The position numbers and the translations under genes were made by a program. From Octopus sinensis (taxonomy: Eukaryota), in the NCBI RefSeq assembly GCF_006345805.1, contig NC_042997.1, forward strand, positions 121,954,001-122,018,000: 64,000 bases of DNA, given 5' to 3'. This document shows, in pieces, positions 54,736 to 64,000 of the stretch (within the stretch, counting starts at the first letter, position 1; every line of letters begins with the position of its first letter). Under the pieces are notes generated by a model, which saw only the letters and a list, made by a program, of their open reading frames with translations, ran no database searches and was not told where the DNA came from.

Positions 54736-55032
54736 CCGTGACGGACCAGGTTATCAGATGTTGCTACACATCGCTGGTCACAATGCGCTTCGCATTGTTT
54801 TAGCCTTCAAATGACGCCACAAGGCTGGCTAAGCGAGCAGGCCACTAGAAGAAAGAGCGAGAGAAATTTGTGGCGAAAGAGTACAGCAGGGATCGCCACC
54901 ACCCCTGCTGGAGCCTCATGGATCTTTAGGTGTTTTCGCTCAATAAACACACACAAGACCCGGTCTGGGAATCTAAACCGCGATCCTACGACCGCGAGTC
55001 CGCTGCCCTAACCACTAGGCCATTGCGTCTCC
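54736..55032 (-). mobile_element. SINE family C variant (same as 22586-22901)
   Basis: Shared tcagatgttgctac.catcgctggtcacaatgcgcttcgc segment and tRNA-like head. Confidence 0.88.
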
Positions 55033-55278
55033 AGATTAATATATACTTCTTCCATATTTCTACAAAACTCACTCCCTTCAGTATGCTTATATACAATGTT
55101 TCTGAAACCTTTATCAACTAATGCGTAAATCACTTAATATTTACCAGGAATAATTTAAACCAAACTTACGCACCACAGGCAATTGAAGGATTAGCAATCA
55201 TTCATCTCTGTTCTGTACAGATCTTGATAGGTATACTAAATATTGGGACATCCTATAAATAATCAACAGAGTTCATTT

Positions 55279-55490
55279 TTAATCTAAAATATACTCTCCT
55301 GGTAGACTTGCAAAGTGTCGCTTCCAAAATTCATTTGTCCATGACAAAAAATGTTCCTTCTGTACCGTCCTGATCTCGTCTACAGAATTCATATATTTTC
55401 CGTCGAAATGATTTTGAAGATTTCGGAATAAACAATAATCAGATGTGACAATGTCCGGCGAATATGGTGGTTGGGACATCCTCGCTGTAT
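55279..55490 (-). pseudogene. C-terminal fragment of a second, older mariner transposase
   Basis: QPPYSPDIVTSDYCLFRNLQNHFDGKYMNSVDEIR...FWKRHFASLP matches mariner HPPYSPDLAPSDYHLFRSLQN.L.GK.F...Y..GI..LP. Confidence 0.75.
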
Positions 55491-55603
55491 GTCGCATAGC
55501 ATGATATATATATATATTTATAATATTATTGAAAAATAGGATAAAATCTTTATAAGAATTTATCAAGTAGTTAGCATGAAAAACCTCATAAGGTAAAAAC
55601 TGA

Positions 55604-55668
<65 letters not shown>

Positions 55669-55678
55669 ATATATATAT

Positions 55679-56960
55679 CAGGGACGTTCAATAAGTAATG
55701 TACCTGACCCACTTGCGCTTGTTTGATCTAGCCGAAATTTTGCATGTGCAGTTATGTATATCTCTATAGATGAAGTGGCAAATTACAGCTCTGGACTAAT
55801 TGTGGTTTCTGATTTACAGGTGTTCGAACTGAGTCAAGTTTGAAATGGAACCTGTTGAGTGTCGAGCAGTGATCCGGCTTTTGTATTTGAAAGGACGCAC
55901 ACCACGGGAGACTTTTGATGAAATGAAAGTAACTTATGGTGATGATGCCCCTCATATGACCTTGTAAAACGCTGGCATCGTGAATTCAAAAACGGTCGGA
56001 ACTCTGTGGAACTCTGTCGGAACTCTGGTGGCCCCCCTTCTGCCATTGATGAGGCACATGTCCGTCAAGTTGAGGCTGCCATTTTAGAAGATCGACGCAT
56101 AACTATTCGCCAAATAGCTCATGAGGTGAAGATTAGTATCGGGTCTGTGGAAACTATCATTCATGACCATTTGCATATGCAAAAGATATCTGCCAGATGG
56201 ATTCCCAGGTTGCTCACACCTTTCCAGAAGCAAGAACGCATCGAGTGCTCGAGGATGAATTTGGAGATGTGCCATGAAGATGAGTCAAAATGTTTCAAAA
56301 GACTGATTACACAGGATAAAACCTGGGTCCATCACTATGATCCAGAGACCAAAGCCCAGTCAATGCAGTGGAAGCACAGTGACTCACCTCCTCCAAAGAA
56401 GGTAAGGGTGCAGCCCTCCGCTGGCAAGGTCATGCTCACAGTCTTCTGGGACCAGGACGGGGTAGTGATGACAGCTTTCCTGGCAAAGAGTACCACTATT
56501 ACAGGAGCTTCACTATTGAGGAACTTAAGAGAAGCTATCAAAATCAAGAGGCGGGGCAAGGTCAGCAAAGGCATCCTCCACCTGCAGGACAACGCTCCGG
56601 TCCACAACTCGCTTGTCGCCAGATCAGAAGCACAGGCGTGCAGCTATGAACTTCTCCCCCATCCCTCCTACTCTCGTGACTTTGCACCCTCTGATTTTCA
56701 CCTCTTCCCAGCCATGAAGTTGTTTTTGAAAGGAAAGCGTTTCCCAAATGATGCAGCCTTGATTTCTGAAGTCACGCCCTGGTTGGAGGACCAAGCTGGG
56801 GTTTTCTACAAAAACGGTCTCCAGAGCTGCATCAAAGGATGAGAGAAATGCGTAACTCTGGGTGATTCCTATGTAGAAAAAGACTAATAACTGTGCCACG
56901 TTTCGTTGCTCTACTGCTATGGGAAGTGGGTCAGAGGCATTACTTATTGAACGCCCCTCG
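55679..56960 (+). mobile_element. Near full-length Tc1/mariner (DD34D) DNA transposon, 1282 bp, inserted in a TA run
   Basis: Imperfect 36-37 bp TIRs (55679-55714 and 56924-56960) share cgttcaataagtaatg and ctgacccactt, with TA on both flanks. An internal transposase reading frame is present. Confidence 0.95.
55845..56887 (+). pseudogene. Mariner transposase, disrupted
   Basis: MEPVECRAVIRLLYLKG start. Motifs WIPRLL, ITQDKTWVHHYDPE, SAGKVMLTVFWD, LQDNAPVH and HPSYSRDFAPSDFHLF, with 34 residues between the last two catalytic D. There is a 1-nt frameshift near 55950 and a premature TGA at 56840-56842 (in place of the W of WEKC). The natural stop is at 56885-56887. Confidence 0.92.
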
Positions 56961-57055
56961 TAGATATATAGATATATATATGTAGATATATGTAAAGTTT
57001 TCGGAATCAGATAACAATCCCAGGCTGTGAAAGTTTTCAGAACATTTATAAATAA

Positions 57056-57103
57056 GTCTTATAGCTGTTTCCGGGATGTTTTATACATCCCTTCATCGGA
57101 GAC
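57056..57103 (-). ncRNA. Minimal hammerhead motif with U4C core change
   Basis: GTCT-CCGATGA-A-GGGATGT ataaa ACATCCC-G-GAAAC AGCT AT-A-AGAC. Confidence 0.6.
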
Positions 57104-57544
57104 GGTGTGAGAAGATGGTTAAGCAATAGTTATTCTAGATAAGATATGAAGTAGAGAGTTAAAGTTGAGGAATGAAAATAGATGTGAGATATGCAGGCAT
57201 ATTGCATCTGTAGTTCTAATATTTAGGCAGAATGGTATACATATAAGATTTCACTTTAAATTAATACCCTTGATTCAATAACACCGTGTGCAGACCATGC
57301 TTGGAATGACCAATTTTAAATACTATTGGAACTTCATCACAAGGTATTGGAATCTTATACACACACACACTGTAATCTTATACACAGACACACACACAGA
57401 CGCACGCACGCACACACCCCTGTCCGTCCATCCGTCTATCTATCTATCTGTCTGTCTGTCTATCTATCTAGCAAGCAAGCTACACACTCGCTCACTTGCC
57501 CACATACAGTGTCGAGATTGAGAGATAGCAAAATAGAAGAAACA

Positions 57545-57838
57545 GGAAAATTTCCTGCGCAAAATGATGTTGACAGCTCCAACATCGTGTGGCCCACAAG
57601 TTGCTGTAAACATTTCCATAAATTGACACATTTCCAGCAGCGTGAACTTCCTCCATCTTGGCACAAAACTTTTCAGAATATAAATTTACGAGACCATATA
57701 ATTATAAGCTAAATTTAGCCCTGCTATGGAGGAAATTTGTGTTGCTGGAAATTTGTCAATTAATGAAAATGTTTTCTGCTGCTGACAGGTCACATGACAC
57801 TGGAATTGTCAACATTATTTGACACAGGAGAACTGCCA
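57545..57838. mobile_element. Old palindromic MITE-like element, about 110-bp diverged arms
   Basis: 57545-57660 is a diverged reverse complement of 57722-57838 (e.g. aattgacacatttccagc / gctggaaatttgtcaatt). Confidence 0.7.
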
Positions 57839-59550
57839 ATTTTTCACGGCTAATACACACACAGAGACACAAACAAACACAAATACACACCCCCACAGGC
57901 TACAAGCTGTTTAAGTCGATAAGTCTGATAGAATGGTTTTTGCAGTATGTGTTCCGGCTGCTTAAGCACTGAGTCTAAACTGCGCCGAGACAGCTTTCCC
58001 TCCTAAAATGTAACTGACGTGGAGAGGGAAGTCCTGTACGCATGGGTGATATCTGGTTTTCCACACGAACCAGAAATAAATGGAAATTGTTTTTTTTTTC
58101 TGGCAGTACTCATTGTATAACAGACGAAATCCATTAACAAACAGGAATACGTATATAAGTGTTTGTGTGCGTTTGTGTGTGTGTGTGTATGTGTGTTTGT
58201 ACTTTGATGTGTAAGTGAGTCAGAGACTTGCTTTACCAGGCGACTTGACTAAATCCGATAGTCAAACTATAAACATGCCATTCTAATGGAATATAGTAAT
58301 TTTTACTCTATATTCACTATTGAGTTTCTCTATCAGAAATCGTTCTACATTTGCATTGATATAATAAACTTAAATTAATATTTATATTAATACATTCACG
58401 CATTTGTGTGAGGAGTTACGTTCTTGCTCTTATTTGTTTTGATAGTTCGAGTGAGGGTTACGTGAAATGCACATATATCCATCCTTGAGTTAAAGTTTTC
58501 AAAATAGTAAGGTGTATTCCGGAATTAGGTGTATATTGATAATACGAATTTATATAAGTATTTATCATCAAGTTCATACATTCAATTAGCAATATTGTCT
58601 GAAATTTGAAATGTGTTGGATAGCATCTTCAATGATACGTGAATGATATAAGTTTTAAGTTGTCTTTAGTAAATTGGCTATGTAAGATTTCTTTTAACTT
58701 TTCGACCTCAAATATCCCTCGGAAGCATTATGAGTAATAATGTTCTATTACTAAATACATTAACTGTATACTTTCATCAAAATAGATTAAATTGAAATTC
58801 TTTAGACTACTTCTTGCTTTAAATTTGGAACGTGACTCGCTGTACATTTTTATAAGATGGTTCCGTGTTTATATAAACAGAAATCGATTATGTTCAGCAA
58901 GTCAGCAGATTAAAAAAATTACTTTTCCAAATTAGTATAGATTATATTTAGCATCGCACGAATATCAAACTATCTGACAACCGCCGTCGGGAGCCGGCAC
59001 GCAGCCATTCTTCTAATTAGAAATAATGCACAATTCTTCCGCAAATGACAACCTATCATTTAAGGGAAAAGAAAACTGATAGTGTTAGCAAAATAAAATA
59101 TTTGTAGGGCATTAAAGAAAATGTCTTTATATTCTAATTACAAATGACTCCTGTGGCGACAATGTTGCCGATCACTCTGGAATCGACAAAATCTGCTGTG
59201 GTTTCGAAAGCTATGCCACTGTATAATCACAGTCCGAGACTGAAACTTGGGAAACAATTGAAAATATATATATTAGACAAGCTATTTTGACCCATGCCCA
59301 TCTCGGGTTTTGGTGGTAGTGTTGTTTTGTGCGTGTTGTCTCCTTTTCCCTTTCTTCTTTTGTTCGTCTTCTTTGACTGGTTCTTTTTATTGCCCTCTTC
59401 TTTACCCCCCCCCCACACCTTTCCAAAATCTCGCAAATGTTTACACTCACAATTAAAGATAACCGCCGCTAGTCCCTGCAACAACATAAAAAACACCATT
59501 ATTCAAACAGCGCAACCCGTCTCTCCCATAATTTTCCCCATATTCCTCAC

Positions 59551-59611
59551 CATGGCAACCAAACGGTAGCCCTGAGATAAATAACCAAGAAATCAAACAA
59601 CATTTTCGCAT
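59551..59611 (-). CDS. Candidate first coding exon (signal peptide MRKCCLISWLFISGLPFGCH-G), possibly of the same glutamate receptor
   Basis: ATG at 59611, basic n-region, hydrophobic core and a C-H-G cleavage-like end, followed by a phase-1 donor CATG|gtgagg. The expected intervening ATD exon was not found, so linkage to the receptor is unproven. Confidence 0.3.
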
Positions 59612-59705
59612 TTCAGCTTCATAGATATTGATATATTATGATAGAATGACCAAACTGGATGACCACAACAGTAAAAGCTTTGGTCATAGGTGTGTTTGAG
59701 TTAAA

Positions 59706-59934
59706 TACCTATTTCTTTACTACCCACAAGGGATAAACACAGAGGGGACAAACAAGGACAGACAAACGGATTAAGTCGATTATATCGACCCAGTAACTGG
59801 TACTTATTTAATCGACCCTGAAAGGATGAAAGGTAAAGTCGACCTCGGTGGAATTTGAACTCAGAACGTAGCGGCAGACGAAATACCTCTAAGCATTTCG
59901 CCCCGCTTGCTAACGCTTCTGCCAGCTCGCCGCC
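59706..59934 (-). mobile_element. SINE family B, full length
   Basis: Complete reverse complement of the family; agttaaatacc on both flanks. Confidence 0.92.
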
Positions 59935-60951
59935 TTTTTTAGTTAAATACCATTAAAGCTGTATTTTCACCGGGATTTCTTGCTATTTGCATGTTATTAT
60001 CTTCAGACTTCGTAAAAGCTTATAACCCTATTATTACTGTATTCAGTGAGCTCCATCTGAAGAACTTTCCTTGGAATGATGTAGCCACTTTGCATCAGTT
60101 ATTTGCTAAATGACAATAGCCGATACTGCATCAAAAAGCTTCGATTTCTTTTTAGACCTCACCATGATATTCCAGTATTGAAAAGAGAATACATTCATGA
60201 AGGCTACTATGTATGAACCACTCACACTTGCATAGTTTTGAAGCATCTAGAATATGCGTCACACTTTATGGATGCTCATATGTGAAATTTAAGATGAACG
60301 TACAAGTTATCTGATATATTATGGGAGAAGAATATAGTTTCAGTTATTTAAATAAAAAAAAAAAAAAATAGTACGAACAAGAGCCGTTTGAAGTGTAATG
60401 AAAGACACTAGAATATTCACTATTAGGTAGAAATTTTATGTCAACAAGCTAATATATATGACATTTATTTAATTACAACATGTAAGTTGGAATAAATGTC
60501 TTGTAATACTGTCATAAAGTATACAGGGTTCAGTATTGAATTACAAATATACATTTCAGTCACATAGATAAGGAAAGACAAACAAAAACAGTATTAGTCA
60601 TAATGAAAGCTGGCAAAAGTACTTCAGTTAATAATTCAATACAAATGAAGAGTATTTGTTTTCAAAAAAAGATGATAGTTCTGGATGGATTCCTTTAAAA
60701 AGGTCTATGTAACAGAAAGTAGACTGCAAATATGTCTGGTAACAATTAGTGGATGACGGGCTAACTAGGAAGCCTGTATGTGGTCGTGCAGCGTTTTAGA
60801 ATTAGCAGCTATTATATAATGAAGTCCTAGATATTATGTATCAGAAATGTAAGCCAGCTGGATGCGGATGGCTTGCTTCCGTCATTTGCCTAGTCAGTCA
60901 TGACGGAGTAAAAATAACAAATACAAGTATTTAGTTGATTTATTGATACGT

Positions 60952-60965
60952 GTTGCCATGACAAC
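60952..60965. promoter_or_regulatory. RFX X-box motif GTTGCCATGACAAC
   Basis: Exact fit to GTHNYY-AT-RRNAAC, one base from the perfect palindrome. Function not shown. Confidence 0.4.
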
Positions 60966-61100
60966 AGAAGGAACACAGCAAAATGATGTTCAAGTAGAAC
61001 ATTATATTCCGAGTGAAAATATAATGTTCTGGTTTGGTTAAAAGTAATACAAACAGATCAAATATTTGAATGTGTTTAACGATGTACATAAGAATAAAAG

Positions 61101-61138
61101 TCTAACGAGCGTTTCGGAAACTTGTCCTTCTTCGGAGA
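61101..61138 (-). ncRNA. Minimal hammerhead motif with U4C core change
   Basis: TCT-CCGAAGA-A-GGA caagtt TCC-GAA-AC GCTC GT-T-AGA. Confidence 0.55.
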
Positions 61139-61940
61139 GAGAAAGAAATACCAACGTCTTAACAAAGTTGAATATGGAGATATAGAGAGTCCATATTTTT
61201 AAGTTGCCAAGGCTATCAAGTTGCCAAGGCTATCAAAGAATTCAAAGTGCTACATTTTTGTTCGGAAAATGTACACCGGTTTATGTAGGAGACAAGCAGT
61301 CGTTTCATGTTCTGGCCGAAGTACGGAACTGATGCCATATTTAGGAATAATATACGAGCATAAATATCCAGAAACGGCATGGGCATTATAATATGCCATA
61401 TTCATTTCATAGATGACTAACACATTATTAAATAATTGATGTCAAATATCAATATAACTGCCATCATATAACTTACGAGATTGTAATTTACAGAATCGAT
61501 ATATGTCGTAAAAAATGCCTTACAGTATTTCTGCTTGCTCTCCACATTCTAAGTTTAAATCCACCAATTTTAATATTTGTCATTCATCTTTTGGGATGGA
61601 CAGAATAAATAACCAGTTAAGCACAGGGGTATATTTAATGCCAAATACCTTTCTTCAAAAGTTGTAGATATTGTTGGTACATAAGGAATAAAAAGGTAAA
61701 AAATCAGTGATTTAGCAGAATCGCAAGGGTTTCAGTAAAAATATCTTGCATTCCTTCTTTCAGTTATTTACATTTAAAGTTCAAATCCCATAAAAGTGGT
61801 TCCCTATGTAAACGCCCGGATCATATAATCCTAACTGATCTACTATACATACATTCGCGCACGCGTGCGTGTATGTGTGTATGTGAGTGTGTGTATTATC
61901 TCGGCCATAATTTAGAATATTGGACGGCATAGATGTAATT

Positions 61941-62297
61941 AGGAGTGGCTGTGTGGTAAGTAGCTTGCTTACGAACCATATGGTTCCGGATTCAGTCCCA
62001 CTGCGTGGCATCTTGGGCAAGTGTCTTCTACTATAGCCTCGGGCCAACCAAAGCCTTAGGAGTGGATTTTGATAGACGGAAACGGAAAGAACCGCGTCGT
62101 ATATATATGTATATATATATATATATGTATGTGAGTGTGTATATATTTGTGTGTCTCTGATTGACCCACAACATCGCTTGACAACCGATCCTGGTGTGTT
62201 TACGTCCTCGTAACTTAGCGGTTCGGCAAAAGAAACCGATAGAATAAGTACTAGGCTTACAAAGAATAAGTTACTGAAACAAGTAAAAGAGTAAAAA
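61941..62297 (+). mobile_element. SINE family A
   Basis: aggagtggctgtgtggtaag head to actgaaacaagtaaaagagt tail, with an internal deletion near the 3' end. Confidence 0.9.
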
Positions 62298-63564
62298 CCA
62301 GTAATTGTGTTTATGGATTCTGGTTTCTTGTAGTAAAATAAGTGGCAACATGGTAGAAAGCTTACGAAACCTGAAAAGACTACAAGGAATTGAGAATAAG
62401 TTTTTCAGTTATAGATTCGAATATGTTTAGAGCAGAAAACACAGAAATACTATTTGGTTTTTACCCCGATTCCCAGGAAGCATAAAACTGGTTATCCAGG
62501 TTCTATGGTGTGGAAATGACCGAGATCACAAAGCCTCCTCTTTGAAGGAAGTCGGGCCGCTGCAGCATTCAACGCCAGTCACTTTGAGGAGAGTGGCTAA
62601 GTCGATTGTATGGACTCTAAAATTTGATTGATATTTTTATTTTATCGGTCCTAATGGAAAGAACAGCAACGTTAACCTGTGTTGCATTTGAACTCACAAC
62701 TGAAAGATCCGGACGAAACGTTGTTAAGGATTTTGGACAAAGTGCCAACGATTCTGTCCGCTCGCCACTTTGCAATGGATTTTACATACAATTAAATGCT
62801 TTGACTGTTTAAACTTAGAGTAATAATAGATCCCCAGATAAAACTTCAATGAGTTCTATTCACGATACATATGAATTAAATTATGTAAAAGTCATATCTG
62901 GATTATCTATATAAAAGATATCTATCGGTAGAATGTCAATAAATGCGGTAATAACTGCAACAAGTTTCCCGCAGATCAACTGACGCCATAAAGATTTCAG
63001 TAGATATAGAGGTATATAATAGTTTCAAACGTGTATTATATTTATTAAACAATTGCTTACTATGTCTCTGTATGCCTTCCCTAAGAATATTTTGTTTCTT
63101 GCATCAACATATTGATCATCTCTCTGCAAAATATCACTTGAATCAACGTATTGATCATCTCTCAGCGATCAACAAATAGAGGCTTGTAATGGAATCTATT
63201 CTATAGAATAACGGTAACTGATAACAAGTGTGAACGATATGTCAGTGGTTGTCTTTTATAACAAATACAGAAGTAGATGTCTCGATATATCTGATATGAG
63301 AGACATTTAAAGCACATTTAAACTTGGATGAAGACTTAATTCTTCGGCAGATTTAACTACACACATCGTAGCTGTCAATAACACAGTACTTTATTGTATG
63401 CATTTGAAACTGGTTTCTGAGCTGAAGATAACTTTCTTTGACCAATCAGAGAAGTCATGAAAAAGGTTATTAGTATTGCTCCTCCTCCTCCTTTTAAGCA
63501 ATTAAAACAAACAAAAAACAACAAAAGTTCTTAGTTACTAGCAGATACAACCTTCTTGACAATT

Positions 63565-63800
63565 CAAACATGAACAAAGAGAAAACACAACAACGCGAGG
63601 ACGTGGAACAAGTATAGTGTTATTGAACGCTCAGGAAAGGAAAGAAAGAAGGAGGATTCAACGTTTCGAGCGGAGCTCTTCGCCAGAAACACAGAAAAGG
63701 AAAAGGTACGAGGAAGAGAAGACGGAGAAAGAAGATCGCCTACGATACACACGCGGTCACATATTTACCTTCGAAACACGCAATGAGTCGAAACAGGGGC
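63565..63800 (-). mobile_element. Penelope-type repeat end carrying a hammerhead motif
   Basis: Shared with 40262-40440; hammerhead at 63657-63689. Confidence 0.65.
63657..63689 (-). ncRNA. Minimal hammerhead motif with A6G change, in a Penelope-type repeat
   Basis: ttt-CTGGCGA-A-GAG ctccg CTC-GAA-ACGT-T-gaa. A more decayed copy of the same repeat is at 40334-40366. Confidence 0.55.
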
Positions 63801-64000
63801 AGCTGAAGAAGGGGAATGTTCCCTTGTCTTGTACTTTGTTTTTTCGTTGTTAAAAAAAGTCCGTTTCCTAGTTTTGTTTCTATGTTTTTGTTTCTCGTTG
63901 CGTTCCACGTTTATTTGTGGTGTCCTGTACTCATATATGCATGTATATATACATATAGATGTAGGTATGTACATATATGTATATATGCATATGTTTTATT

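Overview
This is AT-rich eukaryotic DNA saturated with microsatellites. The SINE families and the mollusc-like receptor exon suggest an octopus or other cephalopod (inference). One host exon is firm: a 249-nt internal coding exon of an AMPA-type ionotropic glutamate receptor at 30645-30893 (minus strand, amino-terminal domain). A weaker candidate signal-peptide exon lies at 59551-59611, and I could find no other receptor exons. Most of the window is therefore probably very large introns of this gene. These contain at least three tRNA-derived SINE families, decayed LINEs (CR1/L2-group, RTE, RLE-type), Penelope-like pieces, a nearly complete 1.28-kb DD34D mariner with inactivating lesions, MITE-like inverted repeats, a 29-bp minisatellite and many simple repeats. 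The most interesting unannotated signals are (1) about nine minimal type-I hammerhead ribozyme motifs, mostly in the sense of the receptor pre-mRNA, one of them inside a retrozyme/Penelope-like 557-bp tandem unit, and (2) several long fold-back structures that would form dsRNA in the pre-mRNA. Most ORFs in the supplied track are microsatellite artefacts. All alignments were done by eye, so boundaries of decayed repeats are approximate.
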